Shown piece after piece: positions 38,059 to 46,699 of a stretch of DNA of 64,000 nt. Within the stretch, counting starts at the first letter, position 1. Each line of letters starts with the position of its first letter. The translations under genes and the position numbers were made by a program. Origin of the DNA: Candidatus Lustribacter sp. (GTDB lineage Bacteria > Vulcanimicrobiota > Vulcanimicrobiia > Vulcanimicrobiales > Vulcanimicrobiaceae); the NCBI GenBank assembly GCA_965277805.1, contig OZ255842.1, positions 192,001 to 256,000 on the forward strand, in the 5' to 3' direction. The notes beneath the pieces are model-generated. The model made no database searches. It saw only the letters and a list, made by a program, of their open reading frames with translations, and was not told the origin of the DNA.

Positions 38059-38565
38059 ATGACCCACGTTCTTCGAATCGCGGCCATCGCCGTAGCTTTT
38101 CTCATCGGTGCGGCCACGGTGGCCTCCGCCAACACGCAGGAACTCACGCTCACCGTTCCGTTGAAAATCACGCTGCCGGGCGGGCCGGGGAGTCCCGCGT
38201 TGGGGCCCAACGGTCAGCTCAAACCGTTCGACGTGAATTGCGCAATCGGAAGCGGTCTCGGCTATTCCACCGGCGCCAGCAGCGTGCAGGGCAATGTGGT
38301 TGGCCAGGGCAGCACCGCTACGTCAGGTTCGAAGACCGTGCAAGGTCCGGACGGCAAGCCCGTCGCCAACCCGCAAGCCACCGTCATCATCACCTACGAC
38401 GACGGGTTGAACTCCGGTCCTAACGGTGCTGTCAATGCCGGTGCCGGTGCCGGTGCGGGAAAAAATGTCTCTAACTACCTCTGCTTCGTCCAGTGGCAGA
38501 CGCCGATCCCGAGCCTCGCACCGATCTTCGTTCAGGGCGCGCTCCAGGCGACGGTAAAGAGCTAG
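38059..38565 (+). CDS. secreted hypothetical protein, possible Ig-like beta-sandwich with one disulfide
   Basis: GGAG Shine-Dalgarno; signal ending ASA; alternating beta-strand pattern; two Cys (FDVNC, NYLC). Confidence 0.7.
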   Translation: MTHVLRIAAIAVAFLIGAATVASANTQELTLTVPLKITLPGGPGSPALGPNGQLKPFDVNCAIGSGLGYSTGASSVQGNVVGQGSTATSGSKTVQGPDGKPVANPQATVIITYDDGLNSGPNGAVNAGAGAGAGKNVSNYLCFVQWQTPIPSLAPIFVQGALQATVKS

Positions 38566-38575
38566 AGCCCCGCGA

Positions 38576-39676
38576 TTACCGAAGTGCCGGCTCGGCGTCA
38601 CGCATGTCGAGCTTCGGCACGATCGGGCGTGGAATGAGGACCGCCTGCGGGTCCTCGACTTCGCGTTTCAAGGCCGCTTCCAGCAACCGCCGGCCCTGAA
38701 TCGCAGCGCCGTCGAGCGCGATCGCCATGCTCGGCACGCGATCGTCGCCGCGCTCGATCAGCGCTTGCTGCTGCAGTTCGAGCACGAACCGGTCTTCACT
38801 GAACGTCGATATCGTGCTGTCGACGATCGCTTGCGTCAGCGCGGCATCGTCGATTTCGTAGTTGCGGGCCAACGCGAAGAAGTAGTGCGTCGACGTCGCC
38901 GTTTCCGGCGTGAGCAGATGCAGCACGCGTCCGAAGGTGTGGTAATCGCCGCCCGCTCCGTGCGGACGATGGCCGGCTTCCGTCATGTTGACGCCCGGCG
39001 GCTGATAGCTAGCGATTTGCAGGCGGTCGATCTTGCCGGACGTTGCGCGCGCGGCAACCCAGGCCGGCGGCGCCTCGATGCCGGCCATGTCGCGGCGTGC
39101 GTGCACCGCCCGTCCATCCTCGATCGTGACGACCGCCGGAAAATCCGCGATGCTCTCTTCTTCGCGATTCCCGAGCGATGTCTGATGGATGTAGGTTTCG
39201 TGCGAGAGATCGAGCAGGTTGTCGGTGACGAGGCGGTAGTCGGCGCCCATATGGATGTAGCCCTTAGCCGCCGTCCAACGCGGGTCGTCGAGCCAAAATA
39301 AATTCGGCACGAGCGACGCATCGGCGAGCGCCGGATCGCCCATCCAAATCCAAATTAGGCCGAAGCGCTCCACCACCGGAAACGTGCGCGTGGCGGAGTT
39401 GTTCGGGATGTGCGCTTGTCCGGGAATCCGTAGACAGCGCCCGTCGGCTGCGACGACGGTTCCGTGGTAGCCGCACTGGATCGCATCGCCGTTGCGCTTG
39501 CCGATCGAGAGCGGCACCAGCCGATGCGGACAACGATCGTCCAGAGCGGCGACAGCACCGCCGGCGGTGCGTAGCAACACGACCGGCTGATCGAGGAAGC
39601 GTCGCGCCAGAAAATCCGCATCGAGCTCGTGGGCGAACGCGGCAACGTACCAGCAATTCCGCAAAAACGAAGCCAT
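38576..39676 (-). CDS. Rieske oxygenase, vanillate O-demethylase (VanA)-like
   Basis: FLRNCWYVAA, CPHR...CGYHG, DNLLDLSHETYIH, FSEDRFVLELQQ. Confidence 0.88.
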   Translation of the reverse strand: MASFLRNCWYVAAFAHELDADFLARRFLDQPVVLLRTAGGAVAALDDRCPHRLVPLSIGKRNGDAIQCGYHGTVVAADGRCLRIPGQAHIPNNSATRTFPVVERFGLIWIWMGDPALADASLVPNLFWLDDPRWTAAKGYIHMGADYRLVTDNLLDLSHETYIHQTSLGNREEESIADFPAVVTIEDGRAVHARRDMAGIEAPPAWVAARATSGKIDRLQIASYQPPGVNMTEAGHRPHGAGGDYHTFGRVLHLLTPETATSTHYFFALARNYEIDDAALTQAIVDSTISTFSEDRFVLELQQQALIERGDDRVPSMAIALDGAAIQGRRLLEAALKREVEDPQAVLIPRPIVPKLDMRDAEPALR

Positions 39677-39733
39677 TTGTCCCCCTTTGCCACGGCGCAG
39701 GCCAACCCCTCAGGCGCCGGGTATGCAACCGCC

Positions 39734-40678
39734 ATGACTACATCGACACGTGGAACGTTTCTCGCAGGCGCGGGCGCACTCGCAGCATTTCCCACAATCG
39801 CTCAAGCCGCCCCCGGCGCTCCGGTCGTTATCCGGGCCGGAACGATCCCCGCCGACGTCGCCGCCGTCGTGGAGTTTGCCCGCGACCGCGGCTACTTCAA
39901 AGCGGCCGGCCTGGACGTCCAAATTCAGATCTTTCAAAGCGGCCCGGTCATCGCGCCGGCGGTCGTCGGCGGTTCGCTCGACGTGGGCGCTGCAAACACG
40001 GGCTCGCTAGCCGGCGCGGTCGAGCGCGGACTTCCGTTGCGCATCTTCGCCCCATCATCGCAAGTCGGACCGAACACGTCGACCGACGTCATTATGGTCA
40101 AAGATGATTCGCCGATCAAGACGGCGGCCGACGTGAACGGCAAGACCGTTGCCATCGTCGCGATGAAAACCGTGCAGCACGCGCTGTTCCTGGCGTGGGT
40201 CGACAAACACGGCGGCGATTCGAAAACCGTCAAGATGATCGAAATTCCGTTTCCCGAAATGGTCGGCGCGCTCGATAGCGGCCGCGTCGACGTCGCGATT
40301 CCCTCGGAGCCGTTCACGAGTCAGGGACGTGCCGGAAATCGCGTGATCGGGAACTGTTACGAAGCGCTGACGACGCAAATGCTGCTGTTCGGCTTCTTCG
40401 CAACCGACGCGTGGCTCACCGCGAACAAAGACACCGCGCTGAAATTTGCCGCGGCGATCAAACAAGCTGCGGTCTGGGCCAACGCGAATCGGAAAGCCTC
40501 GGCGCTGCTGCTCACGAAATTCACAGATCTTGCGCCCGCCGTCGCCGACACGATGGGGCGCGCAACGTACGCGACATCGCTCGAACCCTCGATGATCGAG
40601 CCCGCAGTCGAATATATGGTCAAGTACGGCTTCCTGCCCAAGCCGATCGATGCTGCCCAGCTCATCTGGCGGCCTTGA
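39734..40678 (+). CDS. SsuA/THI5-like ABC substrate-binding protein, degenerate Tat-like signal
   Basis: MTTSTRGTFLAG; RGYFKAAGLDV; KHGGDSKTVKMIEIPFPEM. Confidence 0.85.
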   Translation: MTTSTRGTFLAGAGALAAFPTIAQAAPGAPVVIRAGTIPADVAAVVEFARDRGYFKAAGLDVQIQIFQSGPVIAPAVVGGSLDVGAANTGSLAGAVERGLPLRIFAPSSQVGPNTSTDVIMVKDDSPIKTAADVNGKTVAIVAMKTVQHALFLAWVDKHGGDSKTVKMIEIPFPEMVGALDSGRVDVAIPSEPFTSQGRAGNRVIGNCYEALTTQMLLFGFFATDAWLTANKDTALKFAAAIKQAAVWANANRKASALLLTKFTDLAPAVADTMGRATYATSLEPSMIEPAVEYMVKYGFLPKPIDAAQLIWRP

Positions 40679-40758
40679 GCGCGGTCCTCAACGTTGATTG
40701 TGGCTTCAATCCATGCGTTCGGAGGGCGAACGTCTAAGTAGAGCCGGGGGAGATCGAA

Positions 40759-42015
40759 ATGCTGACGTCTGCCGAGAACAAGCTGCTCACCGAGATCGAG
40801 CCGGGAACGCGGATGGGGGCGCTTCTGCGCCGCTATTGGCAGCCGCTCGGCGCCACGTCGGAGATGAACGATCGCTGGACGAAGCGCGTGCGCATCTTCG
40901 GTGAGAACCTCGTGCTCTACAAGGATCGCACCGGCGCGTTCGGACTGATCGCCGAGCAGTGTCCGCATCGCAACGCGTCGCTGGCATACGCGATCCCGAC
41001 GGCCGAAGGCATCCGCTGCCCCTATCACGGCTGGATGTTCGATGCGGCCGGCCGTTGTCTCGAGCAGCCCAACGAGCCCGACGAGAGCACCTACAAGAAC
41101 AAAGTCAAAACCGCCGCGTATCCGGTCGCGGAACTCGGCGGCCTCTTGTGGGGCTATCTCGGAGAGTTGCCCGCGCCGCTGATCCCGCGGCTCGATGGGC
41201 TCGTCGCCGAAGGCACGATCCGCAGCCTGGGCCGCGCCGTGGTCAACTGCAACTGGCTGCAGATCATGGAGAATTCCGTCGACTCGGTGCACACCGAATG
41301 GCTGCACGGCAAGTTCTACGAGTTCATCAAGGAGAGCGATGACGTCAAAGTCTCGATCTCCAAACATCACGTCAAAATCGGGTTCGATGAGTTCCAGCAC
41401 GGCATCATCAAACGCCGCGTGCTCGAGGGACATACCGAAGAAGACGACGACTGGAAGATCGGCCATCCGTTGCTGTTTCCGAATACGCTCGCAATCGGCA
41501 ACGCGGGCGAAGATTGGCACGAATACCGCTTCCAATTCCGCGTACCGATCGACGACACGCATACGCAGCACTACTGGTACAGCTCGTTCGTGGTGCCGAA
41601 GAACGTCAAGGTACCCGAACACTTCTTCGATCGCGTCCACGTCTACGACGTGCCGATCAAGGACGCGGACGGCGAGTACATTCTCGATTCGATCCACGCC
41701 CAAGACATCATGACTTGGGAAACGCAGGGCCCGATCGCCGATCGCACGCGTGAATCGCTCAACTCCACCGATCGCGGGATCACGCTCTACCGCCGGATGC
41801 TGTTGCGCGAACTGCGGCGCATGGAAGACGGCGCCGATCCGAAGAGCGTCCAGCGCGATCCGGCCCAAAATCACGTCATCGATATCCCGCTCGAACGCAA
41901 GAAGGCGCACCGGGCGGAGGGTTTCGAGGATCTGCTGCGCCGCCATCAGATTCGCTACGCGCCGATCGCCGACGAGCTAATCGCGATCTTCTCGGGGAAC
42001 GGCGTCGCTTCATGA
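40759..42015 (+). CDS. Rieske oxygenase alpha subunit (LigXa-like)
   Basis: CPH...CPYHGW, DSVHTEWLH, AQDIMTWETQG; clear paralog of 36232..37443. Confidence 0.9.
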   Translation: MLTSAENKLLTEIEPGTRMGALLRRYWQPLGATSEMNDRWTKRVRIFGENLVLYKDRTGAFGLIAEQCPHRNASLAYAIPTAEGIRCPYHGWMFDAAGRCLEQPNEPDESTYKNKVKTAAYPVAELGGLLWGYLGELPAPLIPRLDGLVAEGTIRSLGRAVVNCNWLQIMENSVDSVHTEWLHGKFYEFIKESDDVKVSISKHHVKIGFDEFQHGIIKRRVLEGHTEEDDDWKIGHPLLFPNTLAIGNAGEDWHEYRFQFRVPIDDTHTQHYWYSSFVVPKNVKVPEHFFDRVHVYDVPIKDADGEYILDSIHAQDIMTWETQGPIADRTRESLNSTDRGITLYRRMLLRELRRMEDGADPKSVQRDPAQNHVIDIPLERKKAHRAEGFEDLLRRHQIRYAPIADELIAIFSGNGVAS

Positions 42016-43127
42016 GCGTGTGCATTTCCCCGGGCGGCCGCGCGGTTTCCGCGGCTGAGGACGCCGCTCGCCGGATCCACGTCGCGACGACCACGGGCGT
42101 CTTCACCTACGAGCGGGCCGGAGCGAACGCGCCGTGGGCGGTTGCCGGGCACACGCTCGAAGAGCATCACATCGGATCGCTGGTCGACGTGGCGGAAGCA
42201 GGCGCGCTCTTCGCCGGCGCGCACAGCGGCGGCTTATTCGTTAGCCGGGACGCGGGGAAAACGTGGGACCGCGCGATGAACGGCATCAGCCCCGACCACG
42301 AACACGTCTTCACGCTGGCCGCCTTCGCGCACGGAAACGGAATCGAACTATGGGCCGGCACGCAGCCGGCCGCGCTTTACCGCAGCACCGACCTCGGTCG
42401 AACGTGGACCGAAGTGCCGGGCGTGCGCAACGTTCCTGGTACCGGCGAGTGGAATTTCCCGGCACCGCCGTTCGTGGCGCACGTCAAGAACGTCGCGATT
42501 CATCCGGCGGAGCCGTCGGTCATCTACGCGTGCGTCGAGCAGGGCGCGTTGCTCAAATCGACCGATGCGGGCGCGACCTGGCGCGAAATCACGTCGTACG
42601 TTTCGGCCGAAGACCGCTGGTATCACGACATGCACCGCATCACGATCAGCCCGTCGGATCCGGCGCGTCTGTATCTCACCAGCGGTGAGGGGCTCTATCG
42701 CAGCACCGATGCGGGCGCGACGTGGACGCATCTTACGACGCGCCACGATCGCGTCGGTTATCCGGACGCCTTCTTTCTCGATCCCGAAGATGAGCGCACG
42801 ATCTACATGGCCGGCAGCGGTCTCTCGCCCGACGCGTGGACGGCCGGGGCCGATACCTCGGCGCGGGCAGCGGTGTTGCGCAGCGCCGACGGCGGCGCCA
42901 CGTGGACGGAGTTGCACGACGGCTTCACCGAACCGATCCGCGGCAATTTCGAGGCGATGAGCTTGCATCGCTTCGGCAATCGCATGGCGCTCTACGCCGG
43001 CACGGCGGTCGGCGAAGTGTACGAGCGGGCCGATCGGGATGCGCCGTGGGCGCGCATCGCAAAGGATCTCTCGCCCGTCTCGAAAGTCGGCCACTACAAG
43101 AAGTTCTACGCCGCCGCCGCGCACTGA
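42012..43127 (+). CDS. BNR/Asp-box beta-propeller protein, no signal peptide
   Basis: Repeated Asp boxes SRDAGKTW, STDLGRTW, STDAGATW (x2), SADGGATW. Confidence 0.85.
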   Translation: MSVCISPGGRAVSAAEDAARRIHVATTTGVFTYERAGANAPWAVAGHTLEEHHIGSLVDVAEAGALFAGAHSGGLFVSRDAGKTWDRAMNGISPDHEHVFTLAAFAHGNGIELWAGTQPAALYRSTDLGRTWTEVPGVRNVPGTGEWNFPAPPFVAHVKNVAIHPAEPSVIYACVEQGALLKSTDAGATWREITSYVSAEDRWYHDMHRITISPSDPARLYLTSGEGLYRSTDAGATWTHLTTRHDRVGYPDAFFLDPEDERTIYMAGSGLSPDAWTAGADTSARAAVLRSADGGATWTELHDGFTEPIRGNFEAMSLHRFGNRMALYAGTAVGEVYERADRDAPWARIAKDLSPVSKVGHYKKFYAAAAH

Positions 43128-43130
43128 CAC

Positions 43131-44366
43131 GTGGACTACGTAACGAGTCGCGAGGCGATCGCGCTGCTCGACGTCAAACTGCAAACGCTGTACGCGTACG
43201 TGAGCCGCGGGCTGATCCACAGCGCGCCGGTAAACGACGGTAGCAAAGAGCGGCTCTATCTGCGCGCCGACATTGAGAAGCTGCGACTGCGCGCGGAAGC
43301 GCGTTCGGGCCACGGCGCCGTGGCTGCGGATGCCATGCACTATGGCCAGCCGGTCATCACGTCGGAGATCACCGAGCTGACGGCCGCCGGACCGAAGTAC
43401 CGCGGCTATCTCGCGACCGATCTGGCTGCGAGCGTTCCGTTCGAAAACGTCGCGCGTCTGTTGTGGACCGGCACGCTCGACGTCGCGGTCGTGCCGGCGC
43501 CGCAGCCGCTCGCGGTGCCGGCGACCATCGACGTCTTGTGCCGCGACATCTACGCGCGCTACGGCGACAACTCGATCTTGCGGCTCTTTGCAACGTACGT
43601 GTTCGCGTGCGGCATGGATGAGCCCGATACCGGCCATCAGCTCGCGGCGCTGCGTATGATGTACGGTCTCAGCGGATTTTTCGGCTTTTTGAGCCCGCGC
43701 AAGCGGTACCGCAGTCCCGAACCCGGTGAGTCGATCGCGCAAGCGGTGCTGCGTTCGTGCGGTCTCGATTGCGACGAAGCGCAGGTGCGCGCGCTCAACG
43801 GCGTGCTCGTGTTACTCGCCGACTACGAACTCGCGTCGGCCACGTTCGTCGCCCGCGTCGCGGCGTCGTCGGCAGCGGACGTCAACGCCTGCATCGTGGC
43901 CGCGATCGAATCGAGCTCCGGCTGGGTCGTCGAACACCGGCGCGTCGAGCGGCTCCTGGACGGCGTGACCTCCGAAGCCGAGCTGAAAGCGCGGCTCGAA
44001 CCGTTTCGCGACAGCGGCGACTTGCCGCCCGGATTTCAGCCGAATCTCTACGCCTCGCACGATCCGCGCACGGCGCCGTTGCTCGCGCTCGCGCTGCGCG
44101 CCGGCGGTGCGCGCATCACGGAGAGCGTGCAGGCCTTTCTCGGCCGCGAGGCCGAACGCGCCGGATTGCACGCGAAGGCGATGCTCGGGCTCGAAGTGTT
44201 TGCGCGCGCGCTGAACCTGCCGCGCGGTGCGGTGCCGGGGGTGTTTCTGTTGGCGCGAACCGCCGGCTGGGTCGCGCACATTCTCGAACAGTACACAAGC
44301 GAGACGCCCTTGCGTCCGCGCGCGAAGTTCGTCAGCGATCGGCACCGCGCCGGGAGATATTCGTAG
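43131..44366 (+). CDS. N-terminal HTH fused to a citrate synthase-like domain with degenerate catalytic motifs
   Basis: EAIALLDVKLQTLYAYVSRGLI HTH; citrate synthase scaffold GPKYRG, LADYE, DPR, ARTAGWVAHILEQ, LRPRA. Confidence 0.85.
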   Translation: MDYVTSREAIALLDVKLQTLYAYVSRGLIHSAPVNDGSKERLYLRADIEKLRLRAEARSGHGAVAADAMHYGQPVITSEITELTAAGPKYRGYLATDLAASVPFENVARLLWTGTLDVAVVPAPQPLAVPATIDVLCRDIYARYGDNSILRLFATYVFACGMDEPDTGHQLAALRMMYGLSGFFGFLSPRKRYRSPEPGESIAQAVLRSCGLDCDEAQVRALNGVLVLLADYELASATFVARVAASSAADVNACIVAAIESSSGWVVEHRRVERLLDGVTSEAELKARLEPFRDSGDLPPGFQPNLYASHDPRTAPLLALALRAGGARITESVQAFLGREAERAGLHAKAMLGLEVFARALNLPRGAVPGVFLLARTAGWVAHILEQYTSETPLRPRAKFVSDRHRAGRYS

Positions 44367-45535
44367 TGTTCGAAGAGTTCATGATCGGGCCCGGAACGCC
44401 GGGCGGCCGCTACATGCGCGCGTACTGGCAGCCGGTTGCGCGCGGTGCCGACGTCACCCCCGGCAACGCGATCCCGATCCGGATCCTCGGCGAAAAGTTC
44501 ACGCTCTATCGCGGCGACGGCGGCACCGTCCATCTGGTCGACTATGCCTGCGCTCATCGCGGCACGCAATTGTCGACCGGCTTCGTTGAGGGCGACTGCA
44601 TCCGCTGTCTTTATCACGGCTGGCGTTACGACGCGAGCGGTCAGTGCGTCGAGCAGCCGGGCGAAGATCCCGCGTTCGCGGGTAAAGTGCGCATTCGCAC
44701 CTATCCGGTGCAAGAATATCTCGGGCTCGTCTTCGCCTATCTCGGCGAGGAAGATCCGGCGCCGCCAATGCGCCGGTTTCCGGACCTCGAGGTTCCCGGC
44801 GTGCTGGAAACCGATCCGGCCGAAATCTGGCCGTGCAATTTCCTCAACCGGCTCGACAACGACATGGCGCACGTGTCGTGGACGCACCGCGAATCGCTCA
44901 AGCGCGTCGGTCAGCGCGTCGAGCACAACACCTACGCGCAAACCTACGAGGAAACGGCGTTCGGGATCGCCGATCCGAACGGCATCGGCAACCCGCACGT
45001 CATGCCGAACATTAATATCTTGCGAGTGCCGCTGCGCGGAAACGATCGCTGGAAGGGGCTCTTTCTCCAGCGCTTGATCTTCGTCGTACCGATCGACGAC
45101 GACAACAGCATTGCGTTCGACGTCACCTTCGCTCCCGGTCTGACCGGTGACGAAGCCGAAGCCTTCCGGCAGTGGCGCCGCCCGCGCCTCAACGACGGCG
45201 ACATGGACGCGACGCTCGATATCGCGCGCGAAATTCTGGCCGGCAAACGCTCGATCCGCGAGGTTCCGGCGACCTTGGCGCGCGAGAAGCAGTTCATGAT
45301 CGAGGACTACGTGACGCAAGTGGGTCAAGGCCGCTTGATCGATCGCGCGCCGGAGCATCTCGGCCGCAACGACGCGCTGATCATCCTGTTTCGCAAGATT
45401 TGGCGGCGCGAGATGCGCGCGTTGGCCGAGAAGCAGCCGCTAACGGCGTGGACCACCACCGGTCTGTGGAAGTATCAGGACTTGCGGCCCGGATATATTG
45501 ATTCTGCCGTCAATTCAAAGGGGACGTTTGCATGA
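44366..45535 (+). CDS. Rieske oxygenase alpha subunit
   Basis: GGGAG Shine-Dalgarno + GTG; CAH...CLYHGW; DMAHVSWTH; IEDYVTQVGQG. Confidence 0.88.
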   Translation: MFEEFMIGPGTPGGRYMRAYWQPVARGADVTPGNAIPIRILGEKFTLYRGDGGTVHLVDYACAHRGTQLSTGFVEGDCIRCLYHGWRYDASGQCVEQPGEDPAFAGKVRIRTYPVQEYLGLVFAYLGEEDPAPPMRRFPDLEVPGVLETDPAEIWPCNFLNRLDNDMAHVSWTHRESLKRVGQRVEHNTYAQTYEETAFGIADPNGIGNPHVMPNINILRVPLRGNDRWKGLFLQRLIFVVPIDDDNSIAFDVTFAPGLTGDEAEAFRQWRRPRLNDGDMDATLDIAREILAGKRSIREVPATLAREKQFMIEDYVTQVGQGRLIDRAPEHLGRNDALIILFRKIWRREMRALAEKQPLTAWTTTGLWKYQDLRPGYIDSAVNSKGTFA

Positions 45536-46698
45536 AAAGGCTGATCGCGAATCTCTGTATCGCCGCGTTGGCGGCTATCCCGTCGTTTGCCGTGGCCGCG
45601 GATCCATACGAAATCAACGTGATTCTGCCGATGACCGGCGCCGCGGCGTTTCTCGGTAAGGCAGACACGAACGCGCTCAACGTCATCGAGACGACCGTCA
45701 ACAAGAGCGGCGGCATTCGCGGCCGGCCGATCAAGTTCGTCGTCGCCGATGATGAATCGACTCCGGCGCTTGCGGTACAGCTGCTCAACGGCGTGCTCGC
45801 CAAGAAAGTACCGCTGGTCCTCGGTTCGACCCTGGGCGCAACCTGCAGCGCGATGATGCCCTTGATCAAAGACGGCCCGGTCGAATACTGCTTCTCGCCG
45901 AGCATTCGTCCGCCCGCAGGCGGCTACGTCTATTCCGCCGGCGTCGGCACCAACGATCTCGTCGCAGCGATCACGCGTTACTTTCGCGATAAGGGCTACA
46001 AGAAGGTCGCGGTGATCTCCACCACCGATGCGACCGGGCAAGACGCCGATAAATCGATCGATCTCGAATTCGCGTTGCCGGAGAACAAGTCGCTCACGAT
46101 CGTCGACCGCGAACACTACAACGGTGCCGACGTGAGCATCGCGGGACAAATGGCGCACATCGCTTCGTCCGGTGCCGACGTGCTGATCGCGTGGAGCACC
46201 GGAACGCCGTTTGCAACGGTCCTGCGCGGTGCGCGTGACGCCGGACTCAACGTTCCGATCATGTCGACCAACGGCAACATGTCCTACGATCAGCTGCACC
46301 AGTACAGCGGCATCATGCCCAAGCAGCTGCTCTTCCCGGGCTTGCCGTCGTTTTCGCCCGACCAGTTGCCGAAGGGGGCGTTGAAGGACGCCGTCGGGCG
46401 TTTCCTTGGCGCCTTTAAAGCCGCCGGCCTGACGCCGCAGAACGGCGAGAACCAGGTCTGGGATCCGGTCCAGATTTTGCTCGAGGGAATCAAGAAGTAC
46501 GGCTTCGATGTGACGGCCACGCAACTGCGGGATTACGTGAACAACGTGCACGGCTGGACCGGCATTTACGGCACGTTCGACTTCAAGGACATTCCGCAGC
46601 GCGGCGTCGGCGTCGATGCGGTGATCATTCAGTACTGGGACCCGGCGAAGGAACAGTTCGTCGGCGTGAGCCGTCCCGGCGGCGCGGCGCTGCGCTAG
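45532..46698 (+). CDS. LivK-like (branched-chain amino acid/aromatic) ABC substrate-binding protein
   Basis: Signal peptide; ILPMTGAAAFLG, NKSGGIRGRPIKFVVADDES. Confidence 0.88.
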   Translation: MKRLIANLCIAALAAIPSFAVAADPYEINVILPMTGAAAFLGKADTNALNVIETTVNKSGGIRGRPIKFVVADDESTPALAVQLLNGVLAKKVPLVLGSTLGATCSAMMPLIKDGPVEYCFSPSIRPPAGGYVYSAGVGTNDLVAAITRYFRDKGYKKVAVISTTDATGQDADKSIDLEFALPENKSLTIVDREHYNGADVSIAGQMAHIASSGADVLIAWSTGTPFATVLRGARDAGLNVPIMSTNGNMSYDQLHQYSGIMPKQLLFPGLPSFSPDQLPKGALKDAVGRFLGAFKAAGLTPQNGENQVWDPVQILLEGIKKYGFDVTATQLRDYVNNVHGWTGIYGTFDFKDIPQRGVGVDAVIIQYWDPAKEQFVGVSRPGGAALR

Positions 46699-46699
46699 A

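Noticed and set aside
38435-38458. GCCGGT hexamer repeat
   Set aside because: Encodes a short AGAGAG linker in frame; not a contingency locus.
40357-41946. 529-aa minus-strand ORF, and similar long antisense ORFs (3236..4666, 42348..43742, 44048..45358, 45475..46764, 36298..37446)
   Set aside because: They mirror well-supported genes on the opposite strand, lack motifs, and are expected from stop-codon scarcity in high-GC coding DNA.
43131-43300. Excisionase-like HTH as evidence of a prophage or integrative element
   Set aside because: It is fused to a citrate synthase-like domain, and I saw no integrase, att-like repeats or phage genes.
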